Below are positions 36,065 through 45,590 of a DNA stretch of 64,000 nucleotides, in pieces. Source of the DNA: an uncultured Gemmatimonadales bacterium. GTDB taxonomy: Bacteria > Gemmatimonadota > Gemmatimonadetes > Gemmatimonadales > GWC2-71-9. Where the stretch lies: positions 96,001 through 160,000 of the forward strand of contig CAVOGR010000001.1 of NCBI GenBank assembly GCA_963695555.1, given 5' to 3'. The translations under genes were made by a program, and so were the position numbers. The notes under the pieces were generated by a model. That model was not told the origin of the DNA. It saw only the letters and a program-made list of their open reading frames with translations, and made no database searches. Position 1 is the stretch's first letter. Each line of letters opens with the position of its first letter.

Positions 36065-38596
36065 ATGGCCGCAACGGACGATCGCACCCCCGACCCCCTA
36101 AGTACTTATCGGGCAAAACGTTCCGTCGAAGGCACGCCGGAGCCGAGCGGCGCGGTCGGGCGGGAGCGCGGCTCGTTGTTTGTGGTGCACAAGCACGCGG
36201 CGCGGCGGCTCCACTACGATCTCCGACTCGAAATGGAGGGAGTCCTCCGCTCCTGGGCCGTGCCGAAAGGGCCGTCGTTCGACCAACAGGACAAGCGGCT
36301 TGCCGTTCACGTCGAAGATCATCCCATCGAGTACGGCGACTTCGAGGGGCGGATTCCGGAGGGCAACTACGGCGCGGGCGCCGTCATCATCTGGGATCGT
36401 GGCGTGTGGATTCCACTGGAGGATCCACTCGAGGGTTTGAAGAAAGGAAAACTCCTCTTCGAATTGCGGGGGTACAAACTCAAGGGTGCCTGGACCCTGG
36501 TCAAGATCAAGAAGTCGGAGAAGGATTGGCTCCTCATCAAGGAGCGGGATGCGTACCAGGTTGCCGGCGGGGTGGAGGTGCCCGAGGTATCGGTCATGTC
36601 GGGGTTGTCGGTGGACGACCTCGCCTCGGGTCGCGACCCGGCTGCACCGATCACGCAGGAGCTCGTCCAACTCGGAGCACCGCGGCAGCGCGTCGACGCG
36701 TCCGCGGTCGAGGTCATGTTGGCGGAAACGAGTGAGGCGCCATTCACGAAGCCGGACTGGGTCTTCGAGCTGAAGCTCGACGGCTACCGCATCGTGGCCG
36801 GTGTGGACCAGGGCGCGGCGATGCTCCGCACCCGAGCCGGCCGGGACACGACGGACAGTTTCCCGGAGATCACACGGGCGGTAGCCGCGCTACCATTCCG
36901 GCATCTCGTGCTGGACGGGGAGGTAGTGGCGCTCGATGCCGACGGCCGGCCGAGCTTCCAGCGCCTGCAGCAACGCGCACGACTCACCCGGCCGCTGGAC
37001 GTCAAACGGGCAGCGGTGGCCATTCCCGTGACCTATTTCGTATTCGACCTTCTGGGGTTCGAGGACTTCGACCTGCGGCCCTTGCCGCTCGAGGTCCGGA
37101 AGTCGCTGCTGCGACGCATTCTGCCGCCAGTGGGTCCGCTGCCGTTCGTCGACCACATCGCGGAACAAGGTGACGCGGTGTTTGAGCAAGTCCGCAAGCT
37201 CGGGCTCGAGGGAATCGTCGCCAAGCGAGCCGACGCTCCGTATCAGGGCGGCCGTTCGTCTGCGTGGCTCAAGGTGCGGTCCGATCGGACCGACGATTTC
37301 GTGGTGGTAGGGTACACCGCCCCGAAGGGATCACGTGGCGGGTTCGGTGCGCTGCACTTGGCTGACTATGTCGATGAAACCCTCGTGTATGGAGGCCGAG
37401 TGGGCAGCGGGTTCAGCCAGGACCAACTCACCGAAATCGCGCATGAACTCGAGACCCGCAGTCGGCCCGACGCGCCGTGTGTCGGGCCGCTTCCCCAAGA
37501 TCCGGGCACGACGTGGGTCGAGCCCGATCTGGTTTGCGAAGTCCGCTACAAGGAGTGGACGGACGAGGGTCTGCTGCGGCAGCCGGTGTTCATCCAGTTT
37601 CGGGACGACAAGCCGATGGCGGAATGTGTGCGCCAGGCCGGGCGGCCCCGGCTCGAGGAACCGGCCGCCGTTCAGCGCACAGGGCCGGTCGATCGGGTGG
37701 TGCGGTTTTCCAACCTCGAGAAGGTCTTCTGGCCCGACGAGGGCTACACCAAGGGGGACTTGATCGACTACTACCGGATAGTTGCGCCGTGGCTCCTGCC
37801 GTATCTCGAGAACCGCCCGGTTGTGCTGACCCGATATCCGGACGGGATCACGGGCAAGTCGTTCTATCAGAAAGATGCGCCGAAGTTCATTCCCGACTGG
37901 CTTCGGACCGAGCGGATGTGGAGTGAGCAGGCCCAGCGCGAGATCGACTATTTCATTTGCGATGATGAGGCATCACTGCTCTACCTCATCAACCTGGGGA
38001 CGATCCCACTGCACTTATGGGCGAGCCGCGCCGGCGCGCTCGAGCGCCCCGACTGGTGCATTTTGGATCTCGACCCGAAAGAGGCCCCATTCATTCACGT
38101 CGTGACTGTTGCGCAGGCAATTCATCGGCTCTGCGAGGCGATCAGCCTCCCGCACTTCGTGAAGACCAGCGGGTCGTCGGGGCTGCACGTGTTGCTTCCG
38201 ATGGGCCGGCAGGTGACGTACGAGCAGGCCCGCAGTTTCGGGGAGCTATTCGCGAACATCGTTGTTGCCGAGCTGCCGGACATCGCCACGGTCGTCCGGA
38301 ATCCCGCCCGCCGTGAGGGCAAGGTGTACGTGGATTTCCTGCAGAACGGCCATGGCCGGACCATCGCGGCGCCCTATAGTGCCCGTCCTCTTCCCGGCGC
38401 CCCGGTGTCCGCCCCGCTTGCCTGGGAGGAGGTCACCCCGGACCTTCGGATTCTCGACTACACCATCCAGACCATGCCCCGGCGTCTCGCAGTGATGCCC
38501 GATGATCCGCTGCTGCCGGCGATTCGGTTGCAGCCCGACCTGGCGACCATCGTCTCTGGCGTGCAGGCGTATGCGGCCGGCTTGGAGCTGGGCTGA
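36065..38596 (+). CDS. ligD: DNA ligase D (phosphoesterase-ligase-OB-polymerase)
   Basis: HAARRLHYDLRLE (PE), ELKLDGYR (ligase Lys), EGIVAK, DLDP, KTSGSSGLH, YSAR (Pol). Confidence 0.96.
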   Translation: MAATDDRTPDPLSTYRAKRSVEGTPEPSGAVGRERGSLFVVHKHAARRLHYDLRLEMEGVLRSWAVPKGPSFDQQDKRLAVHVEDHPIEYGDFEGRIPEGNYGAGAVIIWDRGVWIPLEDPLEGLKKGKLLFELRGYKLKGAWTLVKIKKSEKDWLLIKERDAYQVAGGVEVPEVSVMSGLSVDDLASGRDPAAPITQELVQLGAPRQRVDASAVEVMLAETSEAPFTKPDWVFELKLDGYRIVAGVDQGAAMLRTRAGRDTTDSFPEITRAVAALPFRHLVLDGEVVALDADGRPSFQRLQQRARLTRPLDVKRAAVAIPVTYFVFDLLGFEDFDLRPLPLEVRKSLLRRILPPVGPLPFVDHIAEQGDAVFEQVRKLGLEGIVAKRADAPYQGGRSSAWLKVRSDRTDDFVVVGYTAPKGSRGGFGALHLADYVDETLVYGGRVGSGFSQDQLTEIAHELETRSRPDAPCVGPLPQDPGTTWVEPDLVCEVRYKEWTDEGLLRQPVFIQFRDDKPMAECVRQAGRPRLEEPAAVQRTGPVDRVVRFSNLEKVFWPDEGYTKGDLIDYYRIVAPWLLPYLENRPVVLTRYPDGITGKSFYQKDAPKFIPDWLRTERMWSEQAQREIDYFICDDEASLLYLINLGTIPLHLWASRAGALERPDWCILDLDPKEAPFIHVVTVAQAIHRLCEAISLPHFVKTSGSSGLHVLLPMGRQVTYEQARSFGELFANIVVAELPDIATVVRNPARREGKVYVDFLQNGHGRTIAAPYSARPLPGAPVSAPLAWEEVTPDLRILDYTIQTMPRRLAVMPDDPLLPAIRLQPDLATIVSGVQAYAAGLELG

Positions 38597-38600
38597 GCGA

Positions 38601-38807
38601 CTAGAATCCTTCTTTCGGAATCAAGATGGTCAGGATGATGTAGGCCAGGATGCCCGGAAACGCGACCGAGGCGAGGGACAGGACGACGTACAGCACCCGC
38701 ACGACGGTTGGGTCCCAGCCGAGCCACTTGGCGATGCCGCCGCAGACACCCGTGATCATGACATCGGTGGTCGAGCGACGAAGCGGCGTCGTCAGATTGA
38801 ACGCCAT
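38601..38807 (-). CDS. pspC: PspC domain protein
   Basis: LRRSTTDVMITGVCGGIAKWLGWDPTVVR...AYII...IP; GGAGG RBS. Confidence 0.9.
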   Translation of the reverse strand: MAFNLTTPLRRSTTDVMITGVCGGIAKWLGWDPTVVRVLYVVLSLASVAFPGILAYIILTILIPKEGF

Positions 38808-38825
38808 GCAGCCTCCTTCCGGCGG

Positions 38826-40268
38826 CTAGAGGTAGGGAGCCGCAAGCCGTGCCACCCCGTCCCGGAGTTTGATAGGGAGTGGCCGTCCGTTCACCTCTTG
38901 TAGGGTTACCGGGCGCGCGGTGCCGAGTTTGCGCTCAACCAAGTCGTCCAATGTGGATACGAGATCCGGATCGAAACACTCGATGTCGAACTCGAAGTTG
39001 AGTCGCAGGCTCCGCGGGTCCCAGTTACTGGATCCGAAGAAGGCCCAGCAGTCATCCACCAGCATGAGCTTGGTGTGGTCGAACGGTGGCGGCGTATAGA
39101 AGACGCAACACCCTCGGCGCAGGACCTGCCAAAGTTGCGCGGTGGAGGCCCATTGGACCAAGGCGAGGTTGTTCTCCTGTGGCAGGAGAATCTCGACCGC
39201 GACCCCGCGCATGGCGGTCACGTTCAGCGCACTGATCAATCTGGAGTCGGGCAGAAAGTAGGGCGTCACGATCCGGACCGAAGACCGCGCGGCCGCCAAG
39301 GCGCCGAGCAGCGTCAACTCGGCCTTGTCGAGATCCCGGTCGGGACCGTCGGTTATGCCTCGGGCAATCGCCTGGCCGGCGTCCTCAAGACGGGGAAACC
39401 AGTCCATGCCATCCAGGGCCTCACCTGTCGTGAAGATCCAGTCTTCCGAGAATGCCTCCATCAAGTGAGCCACGACAGGGCCCTCGATCTTGAAATGAAG
39501 GTCCTGGACCGGATGGGGATGCTGGCTGGCGAGGACACACGCCTCACGGATGTTCATTCCCCCGGTAAATCCAATAGTGCCGTCGATTATGAGAAGCTTT
39601 CGGTGGTTGCGCAGGTTCATGTAGGGCATGCGCCAGGGCACGATGGTGTGTTCGAAGCGGGCGACCGGGATTTGACGCCGCTTGAGGGCCCGGACGATAG
39701 GGGGCCACGAATAGCGAGCCCCGACCGCATCAATGAGCACGCGCACGGTGACACCGCGATGGACCGCGCGTTCCAACGCGTCCAGGAAGGACTGTCCGAC
39801 CGGGCCGTGGTCGAAGATGTACGTGCATAGGGCGACACTGCTCTGGGCAAGGTCGATAGCCGCGACCATGGTGGGGTAGGCCTCATCGCCATTCACGAGT
39901 GGGGTAATGGCGTTGCCCATGGTGAGGGAGTGTCCCGCGACGCGGTCCCCATAGGCGACAAGCTGCAGCAGGGACTCTGCCTGGGCAGGCAGGAGCACGT
40001 GAGGCGGGCGTTGGGCCACCTGGGTTTCGAACGTCTGATACCCTCGGGTGAGGGCCGCACGGCGTCGGATCCGGTTGATGCCGAAGAGCACGTACAGCAC
40101 GGCTCCGATCACGGGGGCGAGCCACACCACGCCTACCCAGCCGACGGCAGCGCGGCTATCGCTCTTATACAGGACGATGTGGGCGGACGTGATGAGGGAA
40201 AGCACGAATGTCAGGACGGCAGCAACGGCCGGCCAGATCTCGCCGAGGGTAGTGAGGATGGAGTCCAC
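38826..40268 (-). CDS. cls: Cardiolipin synthase (ClsA-like)
   Basis: N-terminal 2TM; two HKD motifs NHRKLLIID and DHTKLMLVD; start probably GTG at 40268. Confidence 0.92.
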   Translation of the reverse strand: MDSILTTLGEIWPAVAAVLTFVLSLITSAHIVLYKSDSRAAVGWVGVVWLAPVIGAVLYVLFGINRIRRRAALTRGYQTFETQVAQRPPHVLLPAQAESLLQLVAYGDRVAGHSLTMGNAITPLVNGDEAYPTMVAAIDLAQSSVALCTYIFDHGPVGQSFLDALERAVHRGVTVRVLIDAVGARYSWPPIVRALKRRQIPVARFEHTIVPWRMPYMNLRNHRKLLIIDGTIGFTGGMNIREACVLASQHPHPVQDLHFKIEGPVVAHLMEAFSEDWIFTTGEALDGMDWFPRLEDAGQAIARGITDGPDRDLDKAELTLLGALAAARSSVRIVTPYFLPDSRLISALNVTAMRGVAVEILLPQENNLALVQWASTAQLWQVLRRGCCVFYTPPPFDHTKLMLVDDCWAFFGSSNWDPRSLRLNFEFDIECFDPDLVSTLDDLVERKLGTARPVTLQEVNGRPLPIKLRDGVARLAAPYL

Positions 40269-40454
40269 GTCCAAAACATAGCCCGGGCCGCTTCGGCTGC
40301 CGAGGGAGGGCCGCTGACGGGACCGGTTGGCCGGGCGCTGCTCCAATCCCTCTGCTATCCCGTCAGCGGACCAAATACGCTAGATTCCGCGCGACCTTCA
40401 TTGCGAGTTTTACCGAGCCCGGGTGCGATAGCCCGGCGAACAGGGTGGAAGCGT

Positions 40455-41870
40455 ATGGCTCGATCAAACGGTCTGATGGCGCAAGTCAACAAGAGCTTCG
40501 ATCGCGCCGCCGCGCACACCGGTCATCCGGCGACGCTTCTCAAGCAGATCAAGATCTGCAACAGTGTGTACCATATGACCTTTCCCATCAAGCGGGACGA
40601 TGGGACGATCGAGGTCATCGAGGCGTGGCGGGCGGAGCATAGCCACCACCGGCTGCCCACCAAGGGCGGCATCCGCTACAGCATGGCGGTGGGCGAAGAC
40701 GAAGTCATGGCCCTCGCCGCGATGATGTCGTACAAGTGCGCCTTGGTCGACGCGCCCTTCGGCGGCGCTAAGGGCGGAATCCGAGTTGCGAGGCATAAGT
40801 ACTCGGACAAGGAACTCGAGCGGATCACCCGCCGGTATACCTTCGAATTGGTCAAAAAGAACTTCATCGGGCCGGGAGTCGATGTTCCGGCGCCGGATTT
40901 CGGTTCGGGGCCGCGCGAGATGGCCTGGATCGTGGACACGTATCGCTCCCTCCACGAGGGACAGCTGAATCCCGTTGCGTGTGTGACCGGGAAGCCCGTG
41001 ACCCAAGGAGGGATACGGGGGCGGGTCGAGGCCACCGGCCGCGGCGCCTTCTTCGGAATCCGTGAGGCATGTGACGTTGCCGAGGATATGAAGGCACTCA
41101 AGCTCACCCGCGGCCTCGAAGGTAAGACCGTCGCAGTCCAGGGTCTCGGGAACGTCGGGTACCACGCTGCCAAGTTCATTCAAGAAGGCGGTGGGGTATT
41201 GGTTGCGTTGTCGGAGTACGAGGGCGCCATTGCCAGCCCGAAGGGATTGGACGTCGAAGCCGTCATGGCACACCGCCGGGAAACGGGATCGATTCTCGAT
41301 TTTCCGGGGGCAAAGAACCTGGCGAAGAACACCGATATCTTGGAAATCAAGTGCGACATCCTCGTGCCCGCGGCACTCGAGCGGCAAATCACCGGCGAGA
41401 ACATGAAGCGCGTCAAGGCCAAGATCATTGCCGAGGCCGCCAACGGCCCGGTGACGGCGGATGCAGACACGTACCTCGAAGGCCGAGGCACACTCATCAT
41501 TCCGGGAACCTACTTGAATGCCGGCGGTGTCACCGTCTCCTACTTCGAGTGGGTCAAGAATTTGTCCCACCTGCGATTCGGCCGCATGCAAAAGCGCTTC
41601 GACGAGCACGCTTTCGGGCGGTTGCTCAGCGCGGTCGAGCAATCCACCGGACGGAAATTCACTGCCGCCGAGGCCCACGAGTTTACCAAAGGAGCCACGG
41701 AGGAAGACTTGGTGAACTCCGGCCTGGAAGAAACGATGGTAACGGCCTATCACACCGTTCGCGATACCCAAATGCGCCTCGGCAAGGACGTCGATCTCCG
41801 GACGGCGGCCTTTGTGTACGCGATTGACAAGATTGCGATTGCCTATGCCGAGCTCGGCATATTTCCCTAA
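40455..41870 (+). CDS. gdhA: Glu/Leu/Phe/Val dehydrogenase, probably glutamate dehydrogenase
   Basis: PTKGGIRY, FGGAKGG, DVPAPD, VQGLGNVG, EAANGP, NAGGVTVSYFEW; start ATG 40455. Confidence 0.93.
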   Translation: MARSNGLMAQVNKSFDRAAAHTGHPATLLKQIKICNSVYHMTFPIKRDDGTIEVIEAWRAEHSHHRLPTKGGIRYSMAVGEDEVMALAAMMSYKCALVDAPFGGAKGGIRVARHKYSDKELERITRRYTFELVKKNFIGPGVDVPAPDFGSGPREMAWIVDTYRSLHEGQLNPVACVTGKPVTQGGIRGRVEATGRGAFFGIREACDVAEDMKALKLTRGLEGKTVAVQGLGNVGYHAAKFIQEGGGVLVALSEYEGAIASPKGLDVEAVMAHRRETGSILDFPGAKNLAKNTDILEIKCDILVPAALERQITGENMKRVKAKIIAEAANGPVTADADTYLEGRGTLIIPGTYLNAGGVTVSYFEWVKNLSHLRFGRMQKRFDEHAFGRLLSAVEQSTGRKFTAAEAHEFTKGATEEDLVNSGLEETMVTAYHTVRDTQMRLGKDVDLRTAAFVYAIDKIAIAYAELGIFP

Positions 41871-41992
41871 CGTACACACCGACCCCTTCCTGCCGGCCAC
41901 CACGGACATCGCGATGATCCCGATCATGGCCGGCATAGGGATCTCGCCCGGCGGGGCCAGGTGGTCCTGCCGGGCGTGCTATGTGGTCTCGG

Positions 41993-43435
41993 TCAGGCCG
42001 CGTCGCTACCGGGCGAGATCGGCTCCGGGCCGGTCCCGTCGGCAACCCGATTCCGGCCGCGCCGCTTCGCAACGTAGCAGGCGGCGTCCGCCCGGCTGAT
42101 CAGGGTGTCCGGGCTCGCCGGGTACTGACGCGTTCCCGCAACGCCCAGGCTCAGCGAAGTCCAGATTGGCGGCTTGCCGCGCTCTTGCAGGATTGGCTCT
42201 GCCGCCACCGCAATCCGGATTCTCTCGGCGAGGGCGAGGGCATCGGCGGGGTGGCTGTGGGGGAGAAGCAGAACGAACTCCTCGCCGCCAAAGCGAAACA
42301 ACTGGTCGTGGTCGCGACTCACGATCCGAACCCGTCGCACGATCTGTTGCAGGACTCGGTCGCCGGTCTCATGGCCGTATCGGTCATTAATGGGCTTGAA
42401 CTGATCGACGTCGAAATACACCAGGGAAATTCCCATGCCGAGTCGCCGACTCCGGTCTGCTTCCCGCCGGAACACCTCGGTGAACGCTTGGCGACGATAG
42501 GCTCCCGTCAAGGTGTCGCGGAGGGCAACACTGCGTTGGCGCTCGCTCGCCCGGGCGAGCGTCGCCGTGAAGGTTCCGGTGGTCACCACCATCACAATGA
42601 ACAAGAGCCCGAGAAAGAGCCCGACTTCGGCCAATTGAGCTGACATCGGCCGCCCGCGCACGGTGACGGCATCGGGTGCGAAGGTTAGTGTGTCGGCTAT
42701 CATGAAGATGCCCTGCAGCACCAGACCGGTCATGATCACGACAATGGCGAGCACAACGAACATGCTCCGCCGATAGTCCGGTTCGTGGTGGGGCGGCTGA
42801 TGGAATTGCTGGTCGAGCCACCGCCGGATCGGCCCACCACCCCAGTGCAGCGCCGGGATCAGGGCACTGATCAACAGAAAATCCCCAAACACCCATCCCT
42901 GCCAAATGCGTTGGCCTTCGACGAGATCGAGGCCATGTACGTTGTTCCAGATCAGCGCTGCCAGCGAGGAGGCGGTCGGGGCAATGAGAGCGAGCAGAAG
43001 GTAGGCCCCGATATCGTTGGCACGTTCGAGATCCGGGTGTACGTCGAGTGTAACCATCGATCCCCAGAGGACCAGAACCTCAACCGGAGTACTCAGAGCG
43101 AACAGCGCGCTGGTACTGAGCGGCATCCCGCTACTCAGCGCGCTGGCCAGGGTGGCGACGTAGGCCGGCACGGCTCCCCAGGTCGGGCCCAGCCACAAGG
43201 CAAGCGGCACGACGAAGAGGACGGGAGGATAGAAGGTCAGGCCGAGGGTGATGCCGCCGATGGAAATCGGCATGCCGCTCCAGTCGAACTTCGCCTCGAG
43301 CAGTGCCGACAGAATGGCCAGCGCGGAGATGCCAAGCCAGAGCGCGAGCACCCGCTGCATGCCGGCGCTCCGTCTGACGTCGCGCAGGTACCGGACCGGC
43401 CACCAGCTCGGGCCGCGATAGAAACGCGACATCAC
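41993..43435 (-). CDS. Membrane-bound diguanylate cyclase (multi-TM sensor + GGDEF)
   Basis: About 8 TMs; DVDQFKPINDRYGH, RDHD I-site, RFGGEEF. Confidence 0.92.
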   Translation of the reverse strand: MMSRFYRGPSWWPVRYLRDVRRSAGMQRVLALWLGISALAILSALLEAKFDWSGMPISIGGITLGLTFYPPVLFVVPLALWLGPTWGAVPAYVATLASALSSGMPLSTSALFALSTPVEVLVLWGSMVTLDVHPDLERANDIGAYLLLALIAPTASSLAALIWNNVHGLDLVEGQRIWQGWVFGDFLLISALIPALHWGGGPIRRWLDQQFHQPPHHEPDYRRSMFVVLAIVVIMTGLVLQGIFMIADTLTFAPDAVTVRGRPMSAQLAEVGLFLGLLFIVMVVTTGTFTATLARASERQRSVALRDTLTGAYRRQAFTEVFRREADRSRRLGMGISLVYFDVDQFKPINDRYGHETGDRVLQQIVRRVRIVSRDHDQLFRFGGEEFVLLLPHSHPADALALAERIRIAVAAEPILQERGKPPIWTSLSLGVAGTRQYPASPDTLISRADAACYVAKRRGRNRVADGTGPEPISPGSDAA

Positions 43436-44907
43436 GGTCCGGGCTCACCCGCTCGCAAGACGTCGTCCGACCTGGCACTGGCTCGGGGGGGTGTGGCCTG
43501 GGTCTGATCGCGCTCGACGCGGTTCCGTCCGCGCTGTTTGGCGAGATAGCAGGCGGCGTCAGCGCGCAGAATGAGGCTCTCGGGTTGCACGGGATAGTCG
43601 GTGCTTCCGGCGACCCCGAGACTCACCGTAATGGGTATGGGGCCGGATGCATCGCGGAGAGCCAGCGGATCCGCGGCGATGGAGGTTCGAATCCGTTCGG
43701 CCACGCCGGCGGCACTGTCGGGATCGGTATGGGGCAGCAGCAGCAGGAATTCTTCACCGCCCCATCGAAACACGAGGTCCTCGTCTCGGCTTGCCTTCTG
43801 GATCCGTCGGGTCAGATGGCGGAGCATCTCGTCGCCCGCGTCGTGACCGTAGGTATCGTTGACGGCTTTGAACCTGTCGATGTCGAGCCCGATGATGGAA
43901 ATTCCGCGGCCGAGTCGCCGACTGCGATCGGCCTCGCGCTGGAACAGGTCGTAGAAGGCACGACGGTTGTAACACCCGGTGAGCCCATCACGCACGGCGA
44001 CACTTTGTTCGCGTTCGCCAAGGCGCGCGAGGGCGCTCGCGAAGATGCCCGTCGTGGCGAGGATCGCGGCGAGCAAGAGGAACAGGAAGATACCGATTTG
44101 TGCCAACAGGGGTGTCACCAATTGCCCATCCGTCGTGATGGCATCCGCAGGGATATCCTCGATGACCATCACGGCTCCCTGGACCACCACGGCGACCATC
44201 ATGCACACGACGGCAACCACGAGCTGAACGCTGCGGGTGTAGCCGAGAGCCCGGCGAGGCGGGCTATGAAACTGGAGGTCGAACCATAGCCGGGCTGGGC
44301 GTCCCACCCAGCGCAACACCGGGGTCACGATGAGGCCGATCTGAAGCAGCCCGCCGATCACCCATCCGCGCCACACGCGTTGCCCTGCTGCCAGGTCGAG
44401 CCGGTGGGCGTTGTTCCACGCGAGCACGGCCAGCGATGAAGCCGTGAGTGCGACGAGGCCCGCGAGCAGGAACCGGCCCACATCTCTCGCCCGCGGGAGA
44501 TCGGGATGGACCTGGAGCGTGACCATCGAACCCCAGATCACGAGCACGGTGATGGGGCCGCCGAGGGCGAAGAGTCCGCTCGTCGGCCAGGAGAGCCCGC
44601 TGTAGCGTGCGACGAAGAGAGCAGCAAGGAACGCCGGGATCGCGCCCCACCCCGGGCCGAGCCACACTGCGAGCAGCACGGTGATGAGGAGCGGCGGGTA
44701 AATGGTGACGTCGTAGGTGAGGGTCCCAAGACGGACGGGAACCCCTGTCCAGCGCAGCGTGACCGAGAGGATGCCGGTCACGATGGCGAGGACCGTCAGT
44801 ACCCCCCACCAGACGGCAATGCGACGCATGCCGCTGGTCAGGGCCCCATCGAAGAGAGTGGAGAGCGGCCACCACGAAGGTGCGTGGTGGCCCTCGCTCC
44901 CGATCAC
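43432..44907 (-). CDS. Membrane-bound diguanylate cyclase, paralog of the downstream gene
   Basis: Same architecture; DIDRFKAVNDTYGH, RDED I-site, RWGGEEF. Confidence 0.92.
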   Translation of the reverse strand: MIGSEGHHAPSWWPLSTLFDGALTSGMRRIAVWWGVLTVLAIVTGILSVTLRWTGVPVRLGTLTYDVTIYPPLLITVLLAVWLGPGWGAIPAFLAALFVARYSGLSWPTSGLFALGGPITVLVIWGSMVTLQVHPDLPRARDVGRFLLAGLVALTASSLAVLAWNNAHRLDLAAGQRVWRGWVIGGLLQIGLIVTPVLRWVGRPARLWFDLQFHSPPRRALGYTRSVQLVVAVVCMMVAVVVQGAVMVIEDIPADAITTDGQLVTPLLAQIGIFLFLLLAAILATTGIFASALARLGEREQSVAVRDGLTGCYNRRAFYDLFQREADRSRRLGRGISIIGLDIDRFKAVNDTYGHDAGDEMLRHLTRRIQKASRDEDLVFRWGGEEFLLLLPHTDPDSAAGVAERIRTSIAADPLALRDASGPIPITVSLGVAGSTDYPVQPESLILRADAACYLAKQRGRNRVERDQTQATPPRASARSDDVLRAGEPGP

Positions 44908-44940
44908 AGTGCTGGGCGGTGGGCTAACTCCACGGGCGTG

Positions 44941-45378
44941 CTATTTTTTCCGCCGCCGAATGAGCCGCTCACTGGCCGCGGCGGCTGCGGCCGCCACGCC
45001 CGCGGCCACCGCGGTCTTGCCCGCTGTCTGCAAGACGGCCCCTGTTTCCTGTAAGGCGCGCTTGACCTTCCGCTTCCGGGCGGCCCGCTTGACCTGGGAC
45101 CGGACCTTCTTGCCGCGCTTGACGGCCTTTCGCGCGAGCGCCTTTGTGGTGCGCCGCGCCTTCTTCTTGCCGCGACTCAATACTGTCCGTGCCTGTTTCC
45201 CGGCGGCTTTGGCCCGGCGAGCGGCGGCCCGTTTGGTCTTGGTCCCCGCCTTCTTGGCCTTGGAGCGAGCACGTGAGACTGCGCGTTTGACGGTCTTTCT
45301 GGTCTTGGAGGCGGCCTTTCCCGCCCGGCGCGCGAGTTTCTTCCTGGTGCGCTTGAGATTGGGCTTCTTGGCAGCCAT
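44941..45378 (-). CDS. Lys/Arg/Ala-rich histone H1-like protein
   Basis: AGGAG RBS before MAAKK; extremely basic low-complexity sequence. Confidence 0.75.
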   Translation of the reverse strand: MAAKKPNLKRTRKKLARRAGKAASKTRKTVKRAVSRARSKAKKAGTKTKRAAARRAKAAGKQARTVLSRGKKKARRTTKALARKAVKRGKKVRSQVKRAARKRKVKRALQETGAVLQTAGKTAVAAGVAAAAAAASERLIRRRKK

Positions 45379-45590
45379 AGGAATGCTCCTGTGAGGAGGT
45401 GACGTGCACAACTGGATCCGCGGTATTCAAATATGCCATATCAACAGGGCAATGGGAACGTCATCCCGATGGTCTCTGGCGAACCCAGCGTTGATCACAC
45501 TCCTCATACTGTCATTCGTCGGGCGTTCATCGCTCTCCGGCTTTGGTCGACTGCCCCGTGGGAGAAGACAGGTCAGTTCGTTGCGTGAGA

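Noticed and set aside
39930..40454. N-terminal extension of the dehydrogenase ORF (646 aa)
   Set aside because: Overlaps cls on the opposite strand; family similarity begins at ATG 40455
40464..41936. 490-aa antisense ORF opposite glutamate dehydrogenase
   Set aside because: Shadow frame typical of high-GC coding DNA; no recognisable motifs
44969..45439. Second 156-aa ORF overlapping the histone-like gene
   Set aside because: Frame-shifted reading of low-complexity DNA; the MAAKK frame has the RBS
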